The notes under the pieces: model-generated
Databases searched by the model: none
The model's input: only the letters and a program-made list of their open reading frames with translations
What the model was told of the DNA's origin: nothing
Source: Acidobacteriota bacterium
Lineage (GTDB): Bacteria; Acidobacteriota; Blastocatellia; RBC074
Direction: 5' to 3'
NCBI GenBank assembly: GCA_016789605.1
Contig: JAEUQO010000211.1
Coordinates: forward strand, 1,798 to 65,797
DNA length: 64,000 nt
Program-made: the position numbers and the translations under genes
Shown here: positions 28,556 to 38,277 of the stretch, piece after piece
Layout: the number at the start of each line of letters is the position of its first letter
How positions within the stretch are numbered: position 1 is the stretch's first letter

Positions 28556-28903
28556 ATGAAAACACTGTCCACGATGCTCTTCTCGCTTACGCTTTCCCTG
28601 GCTTTGACTTTGATGGCCGTCGCCCAAACACCGGCGCCCACGCCCGGCAAACGTACGCCGCGCGCCACGCAACGGCAAGAAAACCAGCAACGCCGCATTG
28701 CCGAAGGCGTCGCTTCGGGTGAACTGAAAAAAGGTGAGGTGCGCAAGCTGGAAAAAGAGCAGAAAGAGATTCAGCAGATGAAACGCGATGCGCGCGCTGA
28801 CGGAACCGTGACCGGCGCAGAACGCAAAGAAATCCAGAAAGAGCAAAATCAAAGCAGCCGGAAAATCTATAAGGCCAAACACAACAATAAGAATCGCAAC
28901 TAG
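28556..28903 (+). CDS. small secreted K/E/Q-rich protein (115 aa), unknown function
   Basis: Internal ATG of ORF 28133..28903, preceded by AAAGGAG (28540-28546). Signal peptide MKTLSTMLFSLTLSLALTLMAVAQ. Two related charged segments follow (GELKKGEVRKLEKEQKEIQQMKRDARADG / TVTGAERKEIQKEQNQSSRKIYKAKHN). Confidence 0.55.
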   Translation: MKTLSTMLFSLTLSLALTLMAVAQTPAPTPGKRTPRATQRQENQQRRIAEGVASGELKKGEVRKLEKEQKEIQQMKRDARADGTVTGAERKEIQKEQNQSSRKIYKAKHNNKNRN

Positions 28904-28940
28904 ATCAGATTTCATTTTGGCGTACGGGTTTTGCCACAGA

Positions 28941-28997
28941 GGCACAGAGCCACAGAGGTTTCTAAGTATTTCTCTGAGCCTCCGTGGCTCTGTGGCC
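28941..28997. repeat. long imperfect inverted repeat in a convergent intergenic region (possible bidirectional terminator)
   Basis: The left arm ggcacagagccacagagg (28941-28958) pairs with cctccgtggctctgtggcc (28979-28997). The core is an 11-bp perfect match (cacagagccac). CCACAGAGG also occurs twice in direct orientation. Confidence 0.4.
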
Positions 28998-29129
28998 AAT
29001 CCGTAAAGCGGATTGAAAAACGATCTAAGCGGCGGCCTGCTTTTCTCAAAGACAAACTGCCAATCGCCTCCCGCGCCTGTTGTCAGGTGTGGGAGGCGAT
29101 TTTGTTGTCTGTGTCTCACAACCGGCCCG

Positions 29130-29660
29130 TCAATGATCAAGACGCGATGGTGGCGCACTTTGCGCGTGTTCCTGGCAAGCGCCGTTTAGCGCGGCTTCGA
29201 CCTGTGGACTGATGTGCGCTTCGGATTTACGGCTGACCAACGCCAATTCGCTGACCACCAAATAGCGGGCGCGTTCGAGCATCTGCTTTTCGCGAAATGA
29301 CAGCGGTTTGAGCTGGTTCAAATACGTCAGCGTCTTTAGCACTTCGGCGATGGCAAACAGGTTGCCGCTGCGCATGGCGTCAGAAAATTCCTTGAAACGA
29401 TCTTTCCAATCGGTCGGCGGCACGGGGAAATCCTGCGCCAGCAAGCGCAACAAATCGCTGCATTGCCGCGCGGCAATCGGTTTGCGCAATCCGATCCCAT
29501 CTGCATTTTGCGTTGGCACCAACACCAGCGAGTTGTTGAATTGCAAACGCAACAGATAAAACTCTTGCGGCGCTCCATTGATTTGGCGGGATTCGATTTG
29601 TTCGACGATGGCAACGCCTTGCGTGGGATAAACGACCTTTTGCCCCTGTTTGAAAATCAC
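29130..29660 (-). CDS. carD: CarD/CdnL family transcriptional regulator
   Basis: MIFKQGQKVVYPTQGVAIVEQIESRQINGAPQEFYLLRL is the CarD_CdnL_TRCF N-terminal domain. GTG start with AAGGAGG 5 nt upstream. Confidence 0.9.
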   Translation of the reverse strand: MIFKQGQKVVYPTQGVAIVEQIESRQINGAPQEFYLLRLQFNNSLVLVPTQNADGIGLRKPIAARQCSDLLRLLAQDFPVPPTDWKDRFKEFSDAMRSGNLFAIAEVLKTLTYLNQLKPLSFREKQMLERARYLVVSELALVSRKSEAHISPQVEAALNGACQEHAQSAPPSRLDH

Positions 29661-29832
29661 ATCGTCCTCCTTTCGTCCGTGTGACGGTGCGTTAGGTGTG
29701 GACCAGCCTTGCTGGCTGGCGAAATCACTGTGAGGGATATGCGCTCAGAAGTGGTAAAAGTCTAACACCGTGGGCAAGGGAACACCAAAGTTTGCGGCTC
29801 GCCCGGCGGCCAGATTCAGCGGCAGGAGGATT

Positions 29833-29861
29833 TTGACGAAGCCTGACTTTCATTGGATACT
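29833..29861 (+). promoter_or_regulatory. sigma-70-like promoter candidate (TTGACG-N17-GATACT)
   Basis: TTGACG at 29833-29838 and GATACT at 29856-29861, about 70 nt upstream of the ATG at 29933. Confidence 0.3.
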
Positions 29862-29932
29862 GGCGCTGCAATTCCCACAATCACATGGCAGCAAAATCTT
29901 GACTCGAAACGAACAAAGGACGGTGAACAGTC

Positions 29933-31402
29933 ATGGCGGATCCGATTCTCCTCGCCAAAGATACAGATGACATTTATTTGTTACCCAAGATGGCCAATCG
30001 GCACGGGTTGATTGCGGGCGCAACCGGCACAGGCAAAAGCGTTACGTTGCGCGTGCTGGCAGAACAGTTCAGCCTGCTCGGCATTCCCGTCTTTATGGCT
30101 GACGTAAAAGGCGACCTGGCCGGCATTTGCCAGTCTGGCGGCGACAATCCGAAAGTGGCCGAACGTGCGCAATGGTTTAGCTTTCAGGATTTTCCGTATG
30201 CGGCGTTCCCCGTCATGTTTTGGGATGTTTTCGGCGAACAGGGACATCCGCTTCGTTCGACCATTTCTGAAATGGGGCCGCTGCTTTTGGGACGCGTCTT
30301 GAATTTGAACGACACGCAAAGCGGCGTGTTGTCGTTGGTTTTCAAAGTGGCAGACGACAACGGCATGTTGCTGCTCGATCTGAAGGATTTGCGCGCGATG
30401 TTGGCCCACGTTGCCGAAAACGCCAAATCGTTGACCATCGAATATGGCAACGTTTCAGCAGCCAGTGTCGGCGCGATTCAGCGGCGCTTGCTGGAAATCG
30501 AGCAACAAGGCGGCGACGCGTTTTTTGGCGAACCGTCGCTCAATATCGAAGACCTGATGCAAACCGATGATCACGGTCGCGGCGTGGTCAACATCCTGGC
30601 CGCAGACCGATTGATGCAAGCGCCCAAACTGTATGCCACCTTCTTGCTGTGGCTGTTGTCCGAGCTGTACGAAAACCTGCCCGAAGTCGGCGACCTGGAA
30701 AAACCAAAGATGGTGTTTTTCTTCGACGAAGCGCACTTGCTGTTTGACGACGCGCCGGACGCGCTGTTGCAGAAAATCGAACAGGTCGTGCGCCTGATTC
30801 GCTCAAAAGGCGTCGGCGTTTATTTTGTCAGCCAGAATCCGACGGACGTTCCTGATGTCGTGCTTAGTCAGTTGGGCAACCGTGTGCAACACGCGTTGCG
30901 CGCGTTTACGCCGCGCGATCAAAAAGCGGTCAAAACGGCGGCGACGACGTTTCGCGCCAATCCTGATCTGGATGTCGAAAAAGCGATCACGGAACTTGGC
31001 GTCGGCGAAGCGCTGGTTTCGGTGCTGGATGAAAAAGGCACGCCGGGCATCGTACGTCGCGCGCTTATTGCACCGCCGCACAGTCGTCTGGGCGCAATCA
31101 CCGCCGATGAACGTCAGCGCACGATTCGCTCGTCAGTCATTTATGGTCATTACGAAAGCGCCGTGGATCGCGAATCAGCTTATGAATTGCTGAAAGAGCG
31201 GCGGGCGCAAGCGCAAGAAGTCAGCCAACAACAGCAAGCCCCGGCGCGCGAAGAATCTTCGCCGCTGATGGACGCAGCGGGCGACATTCTCGGTTCGTTT
31301 GCCAAAAGCGCGGCGCGTTCCGTGGGCACATCGCTGGGACGACAAATTATGCGCGGTGTGCTCGGTTCGCTGTTTGGCGGCACCAGCAGCAGACGGCGCT
31401 AA
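29933..31402 (+). CDS. DUF853 / HerA-like P-loop ATPase (YjgR family)
   Basis: [32 protein letters not shown] (Walker A) and [11 protein letters not shown] (Walker B). Length and layout are typical of DUF853. Confidence 0.85.
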   Translation: MADPILLAKDTDDIYLLPKMANRHGLIAGATGTGKSVTLRVLAEQFSLLGIPVFMADVKGDLAGICQSGGDNPKVAERAQWFSFQDFPYAAFPVMFWDVFGEQGHPLRSTISEMGPLLLGRVLNLNDTQSGVLSLVFKVADDNGMLLLDLKDLRAMLAHVAENAKSLTIEYGNVSAASVGAIQRRLLEIEQQGGDAFFGEPSLNIEDLMQTDDHGRGVVNILAADRLMQAPKLYATFLLWLLSELYENLPEVGDLEKPKMVFFFDEAHLLFDDAPDALLQKIEQVVRLIRSKGVGVYFVSQNPTDVPDVVLSQLGNRVQHALRAFTPRDQKAVKTAATTFRANPDLDVEKAITELGVGEALVSVLDEKGTPGIVRRALIAPPHSRLGAITADERQRTIRSSVIYGHYESAVDRESAYELLKERRAQAQEVSQQQQAPAREESSPLMDAAGDILGSFAKSAARSVGTSLGRQIMRGVLGSLFGGTSSRRR

Positions 31403-31423
31403 CGTCACAGACATCACCACCTG

Positions 31424-31464
31424 AAAAAAGGCGCAAAGGGAATCGTTCCCTCTGCGCCTTTTTT
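31424..31464. terminator. bidirectional rho-independent terminator between convergent genes
   Basis: AAAAAA-ggcgcaaagggaa-tcg-ttccctctgcgcc-TTTTTT: a 13-bp stem with one mismatch, an A run upstream and a T run downstream. Confidence 0.75.
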
Positions 31465-31495
31465 GTGTCTCTTGGCAAACTGATCAATCACTGGC

Positions 31496-32953
31496 TTACC
31501 ACAAACCCAGTTTCTTCCACTTTTCGTTCACGAGCTGTTTCACCTCGTCGCTGGTATTGTTTTCGCGCGGCCAGCGGCGGGCAAAACCTTCGTTTTTCCA
31601 TTTGCGCGTGCCATCAATGCCCATCTTCGACCCGAAACCTTGTTCGCGTGACGCATGATCGAGCACGTCAATCGGCCCCAGGGTAAATTGAATGTCGCGC
31701 TCAGGATCAATGTTGTTGAGCACTTTCCAAACGACTGCCGACGGATTTTGCACGTCAACGTCTTCATCCACCACGACAATGCATTTGGTGAACATCGCCT
31801 GTCCCAATCCCCAGATGGCGTTCATGATTTTGCGCGCATGCCCCGGATATTGTTTGCGTATCGAAACCAGCATCAGGTTATGAAAAACGCCTTCAAACGG
31901 TAACGCCATATCCACGATTTCGGGAAACTGGCGCTTGAGCACGGGCAAGGTAATGCGCGTGATTGCCCAGCCCATCCAGCAATCTTCCATCGGCGGGCGT
32001 CCGACAATCGTCGTTTGATAGATTGGATTCTTGCGATGCGTGACAGTCGTCACATGAAAGACGGGATAGGGTTCTTCGAGTGTGTAAAAGCCCGTGTGGT
32101 CGCCAAATGGGCCTTCGACACGGCGTTCAGAAGGATCAACATAACCTTCCAGCACGATTTCAGCGCTGGCGGGCACTTCCAAATCCACCGACACGCATTT
32201 GACCATCTCGATGGGTTTCTGACGGATGAAGCTGGCAAAAATCATTTCATCCAGATCATCCGGCAACGGCAACGTCGCGGCAAAATTCGTAATCGGTTCG
32301 GCCCCGATGGCGACGGCGACTTCCATCCGTTCGACGCCGCGCTTTTCCTGATCGCGATGATGCGCCGCGCCGTGTTTGTGAATTTGCCAGTGCATGCCGG
32401 TCGTCTGTTCGTCATAAACCTGCATGCGATACATGCCGCAGTTGCGTTTGCCCGTGCGCGGATTTTTGGTGAACACCATCGGAAACGTGATGAACCGCCC
32501 ACCGTCGGCTTCCCAACATTTCAAAATCGGAAAATCGAAGAGTGAAAACTCGCCCGCGCGTTTGACGACTTCCTGACACGGTCCGGTTTTGACATCGCGC
32601 GGAAAGTATTTGCCCAATTCTGCCAGTTTGGGCAGCATTTTGACCTTTTCCAGCAATCCTTCGGGCGATTTGAAATCCAGCCATTCGGTCAAGCGCGCGG
32701 CGACGTCTTCGACGTTGTCCACTTCCAACGCGATTTCCATGCGACGACGGCTGCCCAACGCGTTGATCAGCACGGGAACTTTGCCGCCATCCACATTTTC
32801 AAACAGCAACGCTTTGTTGTGTTCTTTGGCTTTCGACACGCGATCGGTGATTTCGGTGATTTCCTGATCGCTGGAAACGGGCGTTGAGATACGTTTCAGT
32901 TCTTTGTTTTTTTCCAACGCTTTGATGAATTCGCGCAGGTCAGCATAAGCCAT
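31496..32953 (-). CDS. UbiD family (prenylated-FMN dependent) decarboxylase
   Basis: MAYADLREFIKALEKNKELKRISTPVSSDQEITEITDRV... and the overall 485-aa layout are typical of UbiD / menaquinone-biosynthesis decarboxylases. Confidence 0.9.
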   Translation of the reverse strand: MAYADLREFIKALEKNKELKRISTPVSSDQEITEITDRVSKAKEHNKALLFENVDGGKVPVLINALGSRRRMEIALEVDNVEDVAARLTEWLDFKSPEGLLEKVKMLPKLAELGKYFPRDVKTGPCQEVVKRAGEFSLFDFPILKCWEADGGRFITFPMVFTKNPRTGKRNCGMYRMQVYDEQTTGMHWQIHKHGAAHHRDQEKRGVERMEVAVAIGAEPITNFAATLPLPDDLDEMIFASFIRQKPIEMVKCVSVDLEVPASAEIVLEGYVDPSERRVEGPFGDHTGFYTLEEPYPVFHVTTVTHRKNPIYQTTIVGRPPMEDCWMGWAITRITLPVLKRQFPEIVDMALPFEGVFHNLMLVSIRKQYPGHARKIMNAIWGLGQAMFTKCIVVVDEDVDVQNPSAVVWKVLNNIDPERDIQFTLGPIDVLDHASREQGFGSKMGIDGTRKWKNEGFARRWPRENNTSDEVKQLVNEKWKKLGLW

Positions 32954-33257
32954 AAAGTTCTCCAGAAGCTCCAGAAAATAAAGACGATCGGTTCGTTCAG
33001 AAACAGCGGAGGGAATCGCCTAAAGCCGGATGGTAACAACCGAGGTTAAAGGTGACAAGCGCAAGACTTGTCAGCGTTCTCACAGTTGTTTGAAAAAACC
33101 TGCGACTTGCTTGGGCGAACTCTATCGCCTCGCCTCCGTATGTTTACAAGAAAGAATGCGGTCTAACGCCGCAAACGAATAAACACGGCGGCCAGCCAGC
33201 GTGATTTTCAACGCGGGCAGAGCCGACGACGAATGAATCTAGGAGAAGGTAGTCCCC

Positions 33258-34889
33258 ATGAATAGACGTATTACGTTATTGCTTTTACTTGTTGCAGTTG
33301 TATTGCCAGTGTGTGGACAACAAGTGCCCACACGCCCCGGCAAAACGCCCGTCCTGGTCAGCGCCAGTGGATATACAAGCGGCGCAGCAAGCTCAGAATC
33401 CTATCTCAATTCTGTTCTGCCGCGTTCGGCCCTGAGCGCAAACGGACGTTTTGTGGTGTTTCAAAGCGATGCGCCTGATCTAATCGCCGATTTGCGTGAT
33501 GGCAACGGCGCACCGGATGTTTTCTTGCGCGACCGGCAAACCAATCAATCCAAACTGATCAGCGTCAACCGCGACGGCAATGCCAGCGGCAATGGAAGTT
33601 CAAGCACGCCCTTTCTGAGCGCTGACGGACGCTTTGTCGCGTTTGAAAGTTCGGCCAACGATTTGGTGGCGAATGACGACAACGGCTTGAAAGACATTTT
33701 CGTGCGTGATGCGCAAACCGGCGTCACGCAATTGGTTACGGTCAATACTTCAGGCGCGGCAAGCCGTGGCGGCGTTTTGTTTGTGTGGCTTTATGGCCTG
33801 AGCGCGGACGGGCGTTTTGTGCTGTTTACCACCGAAGCACAGGATTTGGTGGACAACGATAAGAACGATTCGGCGGATTTGTATGTGCGTGATCTGGTTG
33901 CAGGCAAAACGATGCTGGTCAGCGTCAACGTCAACGGACAAGCCAGCGGCAATCGTTCTTCACTAACCAGCGGCGGATTTTTCAGCTTTGATCCGGTGCT
34001 TAGCGCCAACGGGCGTTTTGTCGCATTTGTCAGTTATGTCAACGACCTGACAGAAAACGATCAGGTCTGTTATGGAGATTGTGACGGCACCAATGGATTC
34101 TCTGACATTTTCGTGCGCGATCTGGTCAGCGGCAGCACGACACTGATCAGCGTCAATGCCCGAGGCAACAACAGCGGCAATCAACCTTCAGTAGACCCAA
34201 CCATCAGCGCCGACGGACGCCGCGTGGCGTTTCGTAGCTTTGCCACTGATCTGGTGACCAATGACCATACGCCACAAGCCGACATTTATGTCCGCGATCT
34301 GACGGCGCAAACGACGACGTTGGCAAGCGTGAATCTGACCGGCGACAACGGCGGCACCAACGGACGCGGAACGGGGTTGAACGCGCAAAATCCGTTGCTT
34401 AGCCCGGATGGCCGTTATGTCGCGTTTAGCAGCGCTGCGGTGGACCTGGCCCCCAACAAAACCTCTCCCGCAGGACAGGATTTGTTTGTGCGTGATTTGA
34501 CGTTGGGAATCACAACCTTGGCGAGTGTAAATCTGGCCGGCAAGGAAAGTGGCGGATTCAATGCCGTGGCAGCAGCGTTCAGCGCCGATGGCCGCTGGCT
34601 GGTGTTTCGCAGCGCTGCGCCCGATCTGGCTCCGAACGATTTCAACCAAACGGATGATGTGTTTGTCCGTGATGTGACCGCCGGGCAAACGCGCCTGGTC
34701 AGCGTCAATCGCTGGGGACAAAGCGCAACAGGACGTTCGTTGACGGCTGACATCAGCGCAGACGGTTCGGCCATCGCGTTTGACAGCGATGCGCCGGACA
34801 TCGCGCCAGACGATCACAACCGTTCAGCGGATGTGTTCGTATTTGCGCGTGTCCGGCTGTCGCGATCACAATTGACAGACAAAAAGTAA
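33258..34889 (+). CDS. secreted beta-propeller-like protein with about 8 PD40/TolB-type repeats
   Basis: Signal peptide. There are eight 55-65-aa repeats of the form (L/I)SADGRFVAF.S.A.DL..ND.N...D(I/V)FVRD...G.T.L(V/I)SVN..G. AGGAGA SD lies before the ATG at 33258. Confidence 0.75.
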   Translation: MNRRITLLLLLVAVVLPVCGQQVPTRPGKTPVLVSASGYTSGAASSESYLNSVLPRSALSANGRFVVFQSDAPDLIADLRDGNGAPDVFLRDRQTNQSKLISVNRDGNASGNGSSSTPFLSADGRFVAFESSANDLVANDDNGLKDIFVRDAQTGVTQLVTVNTSGAASRGGVLFVWLYGLSADGRFVLFTTEAQDLVDNDKNDSADLYVRDLVAGKTMLVSVNVNGQASGNRSSLTSGGFFSFDPVLSANGRFVAFVSYVNDLTENDQVCYGDCDGTNGFSDIFVRDLVSGSTTLISVNARGNNSGNQPSVDPTISADGRRVAFRSFATDLVTNDHTPQADIYVRDLTAQTTTLASVNLTGDNGGTNGRGTGLNAQNPLLSPDGRYVAFSSAAVDLAPNKTSPAGQDLFVRDLTLGITTLASVNLAGKESGGFNAVAAAFSADGRWLVFRSAAPDLAPNDFNQTDDVFVRDVTAGQTRLVSVNRWGQSATGRSLTADISADGSAIAFDSDAPDIAPDDHNRSADVFVFARVRLSRSQLTDKK

Positions 34890-34949
34890 AGAACGACTAC
34901 AGGCGATTTCGCTGTGTATACACGGTGGCATCCGGCGCTTTGGCAAAGC

Positions 34950-35576
34950 TTACGGGTGCCACTTGTGATACTCGTACAGCGGTTCGACCTGTTTGCTCAA
35001 TCGTTCGTAATCTTCTGGATGATCAATGTCTTCCAACACGGCGGCGGCGTTCACCGGCACTTCCAGCCAATCGTTGCGGTGAGCATTGATAAACGCGCGC
35101 AATCCGTCTTCGCTGTCGTCGTCGAGTTGCATGATCTCTTCGACATAGTTGGTGCTGATAATAACCGGATGCCCGTGTTTCCCCTGATGCGTAGGAATCA
35201 CAATGCCCTTGTCGCCGCTGCTGTACGCGTCAATCAGCGCATTGATGATTTCCGCCTTGACCATCGGTTGATCCACCAAGGCCAGCAAAAACGCATCCGA
35301 ATTTGGTCCAAGCATCGCCAAGCCCGTTTTGACCGACGTCAGCATGCCTTTTTGATAATCTTCGTTGATGCCGTATTGCACACCGGTGCCCGCCAGACGA
35401 GGGCGAATTTCGGCTTCGCGATGTCCCAGCACAACGTAAATGTCAGCCAGTTGCGAATTGCGCATCTGATGCACGCATTCGCCAATTACCGTGCGTTTGC
35501 CCCACTTCAGCAACGGTTTGAATGCGCCCTGCATCCGTTTGGATTCCCCAGCAGCCAAAAGAATTCCTGAAATCAT
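34950..35576 (-). CDS. MobA/MocA-like nucleotidyltransferase (molybdenum cofactor cytidylyl/guanylyltransferase family)
   Basis: MISGILLAAGESKRMQGAFKPLLKWGKRTVI is the NTP_transf_3 N-terminal motif. Confidence 0.7.
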   Translation of the reverse strand: MISGILLAAGESKRMQGAFKPLLKWGKRTVIGECVHQMRNSQLADIYVVLGHREAEIRPRLAGTGVQYGINEDYQKGMLTSVKTGLAMLGPNSDAFLLALVDQPMVKAEIINALIDAYSSGDKGIVIPTHQGKHGHPVIISTNYVEEIMQLDDDSEDGLRAFINAHRNDWLEVPVNAAAVLEDIDHPEDYERLSKQVEPLYEYHKWHP

Positions 35577-35716
35577 GATGATTTGCAGCCTCCTGATAGT
35601 ATTTCGATATGGGATTGCGAGGAGTTAGGCCATAGCTTGCCCGAAGCACGGCCAGCAATCAAGATCGCGCCTGCCCGCCATCCACATTCACGCTGATTGA
35701 TCTGGCCTGCAACCGA

Positions 35717-36847
35717 TCAATCCTGTTGTTGTTTGAAGAATTGCTCGAACGGCGTGTTGAAATTGTTCTGCCGCACGGAAGGTTTGCGCGGTGAAGCGTG
35801 CGCGTTTTCAGGTTGTGCGGTTGCCGTCGCGGCAACTTGCGCCGCAGGAATTTCTGGCGGCGAAACCACCACCGCCGATTCTGCGGCTGCCGGTTCCGAC
35901 AAGGTGCGCACGCGATAAATCGGACGCTCGAACATGGGTGAAATGCGCGTCCAATCCCCGGCGGTTTGCGGTTCGGCGATCAATCGTTGCATCGCCTCGA
36001 CTTTGGAATCGAGATCGTCCAGATAGGCCAGCAACAACGCTTCGGGCGTGCTCGGCAATTTGGGCGACCCGTATTCGAGTTTGCCGTGATGCGCCAGCAG
36101 CATGTGCAACAAATGCAGGCGCAGCGTTTCCGGAAAATCCGGAATCCGGCTGATGTGATCGGAAACCATCATCGTTTCCATCACCAGATGACCAATCATC
36201 TGCCCTTCGTCGGTGTATCCGAAGGCACGCTCGTAACTGAGTTCGTCAATCTTGCCGAAATCGTGCAACACCGCGCCCGTGACCAACAGATCAATATCTA
36301 TGCCTTCGTAATGCCCGCCGACTTTGCGGCACAGATTCACCAGCGACAACGAATGCTCTAACAGTCCTCCCAGATACGGGTGGTGCATTGTTTTGGCAGC
36401 CGGGGCGCGTTTGAATTTTTGCGCGGTGTTTTCGTCGGCAAAAATGTTTTGCAGCAACTGGCGCAAATAGGGATTCTTAAATTCCGCCACGATGCTCAGC
36501 AGTTCGGCGAACATCTGCTCTACATCATATTTGGTCGTGGGGAAGTAATGGGCGAGATCAATTTCCCGATCCTGGCAGGGACGAATGCGGTGAATCGAAA
36601 GCTGCAAATGATTACGGTACAGATTGACCTGACCGCGCACAAACACGACGTCGTCTTTGTCGAAAGTATCAATGGTGTCTTCGAAATTGTCCCACCATTG
36701 CCCGACGATGTCGCCCGTTTTGTCGCCAAAGGTGATCAGCGCGAACTGCCCGCCAGTTTTCTTGCTGCGCAGTTCTTTGGTTTTGACCAAAAACGTAGTG
36801 CTGATGGTCTGGTTAGCGACGAGGTCACGGACGAAGATTTTTTCCAT
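35717..36847 (-). CDS. OB-fold + HD domain protein (YhaM-like 3'-5' exoribonuclease family)
   Basis: ORF trimmed to ATG 36847 (MEKIFVRDL...). The OB-fold segment is KKTGGQFALITFGDKTGDIVGQWWD. The HD region is LLEHSLSL...GAVLHDFGKI. A low-complexity Pro/Ala-rich tail follows. Confidence 0.75.
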   Translation of the reverse strand: MEKIFVRDLVANQTISTTFLVKTKELRSKKTGGQFALITFGDKTGDIVGQWWDNFEDTIDTFDKDDVVFVRGQVNLYRNHLQLSIHRIRPCQDREIDLAHYFPTTKYDVEQMFAELLSIVAEFKNPYLRQLLQNIFADENTAQKFKRAPAAKTMHHPYLGGLLEHSLSLVNLCRKVGGHYEGIDIDLLVTGAVLHDFGKIDELSYERAFGYTDEGQMIGHLVMETMMVSDHISRIPDFPETLRLHLLHMLLAHHGKLEYGSPKLPSTPEALLLAYLDDLDSKVEAMQRLIAEPQTAGDWTRISPMFERPIYRVRTLSEPAAAESAVVVSPPEIPAAQVAATATAQPENAHASPRKPSVRQNNFNTPFEQFFKQQQD

Positions 36848-36943
36848 ATGGGACCTGCGAGATAGGCAAACCGAATCAGCGAAAAACCAGCATCGCCAGG
36901 TGCGGGATTGCACCTGGCGATGCTGGTTTACGGCTTTCGGCGC

Positions 36944-38080
36944 TTAAGGCTTGTTGCTGGCAGCAGCTTTCTCTGCTTCAGCAGCCTTCTTCTTCTCTTC
37001 TTTCTCTTTCTTCTTCTTGGTTTTGGCGTTTTCTTCCGAATACGGCGTGCGTTTGATTTGCGCCGATTTCACCTTGCTGCCTTCAAATTGGAAGCGCGGG
37101 TCAATTTCGATAAACGCTTCGTCACGCAATTTGGTGAGGAAGGTTTCGATTTGCGCTTCGGCTTTCTGGCCGACGATGAAACGTCCCACAGCATCCTGCA
37201 CCTTTTCATCCTCAAAAGGCACGACCTTGGGCTCTTTCCGTTCATCCACGCGGAAGATGTAATAGCCGTTTTCCAGTTTGATGGGTTCGCTCACGTCGCC
37301 GATCTTGGCGTTTTCCAGCGCCTCTTTCACTTCCGGCGCGAGATCGGTAATTTTGATGGTAGCATCCAGTTTGCCGCCGTCTTTGCCGATCGCTTCCTCC
37401 GAATAGCGTTTGGCCAGCGAAGGAAAATCAGTCACGCCGCCTTTGGCCTGAGTCGCAACGTCTTTGGCGCGCGCCAAAGACTGTGCGGCATCTTTGCCCA
37501 AGGCGATGAAAATGCGGCTGAGTTTGACTTCGCCCGGTTCGGTGAAATATTGCAGGTTCTTATCGTAAGCCTCGCGCTTTTCCTTTTCCGTCACCGAACG
37601 ATAAATCTTGCCATAGACTTCCTGGCCGATGACCTGATCGCGCGAGAAATTCTCGGTCAGAACTTTACGCACTTCTTCGATGTCATATCCGGCTTCGCGC
37701 ATTTTCTGGCCCAAACATTCCAGCGATTCGCAATTGTTCTCTTTCATCAAGCGCAACAACTGCTGGTTGACCTGGGGTTCGACGTTGATCGAAAGGTCTT
37801 TGGCGCGTTGCGCCAGCAACTGGTTGTTGATCAGGTCGTCCAGAATTCTGGGCTTCCATTCGTTGAATTTCTTTTCCAGCTCATCGCCCTTCAAGCCCTG
37901 CTTTTTCATTTCTTCCAGGGCTTCGCGCTGCGCCGCTTCATACGTCGAACGCATAATCACGCCGGCGTTGACGCGGGCAATCACTTCATCAATCGGTTTT
38001 TCTTCGCCGCTTTGGGCGTAAACGGCGCTGGCGCTAAACAGCGCGACTCCCAGCAAAAAGCCTAACTTGAGCAACTTCAT
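36944..38080 (-). CDS. SurA-like periplasmic chaperone / PpiC-type peptidyl-prolyl isomerase
   Basis: ATG at 38080 with GAGGAG 7 nt upstream. Signal peptide MKLLKLGFLLGVALFSASAVYA, SurA_N-like region, then a parvulin-like segment (VKLSRIFIAL...GGKLD...ENGYYIFRV). K/E-rich tail. Confidence 0.8.
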   Translation of the reverse strand: MKLLKLGFLLGVALFSASAVYAQSGEEKPIDEVIARVNAGVIMRSTYEAAQREALEEMKKQGLKGDELEKKFNEWKPRILDDLINNQLLAQRAKDLSINVEPQVNQQLLRLMKENNCESLECLGQKMREAGYDIEEVRKVLTENFSRDQVIGQEVYGKIYRSVTEKEKREAYDKNLQYFTEPGEVKLSRIFIALGKDAAQSLARAKDVATQAKGGVTDFPSLAKRYSEEAIGKDGGKLDATIKITDLAPEVKEALENAKIGDVSEPIKLENGYYIFRVDERKEPKVVPFEDEKVQDAVGRFIVGQKAEAQIETFLTKLRDEAFIEIDPRFQFEGSKVKSAQIKRTPYSEENAKTKKKKEKEEKKKAAEAEKAAASNKP

Positions 38081-38277
38081 ACACAATCTCCTCAGTCGGT
38101 CCCCAGAAGGTTCTGGCAGTGTTCGAAATCGGTGTTTTTACAATGACTTAGCCAGGCAGCACTCCCTTTCAGCAGGAAGCCAAACAGGCCAGCAAGGTTG
38201 CGGCTTGCTGCTTCTGGCACACCGTATTTGTTCGCGAGTTTCGTAAATCAGAACGCCTTCAACGGCCGGGCTTGCGC

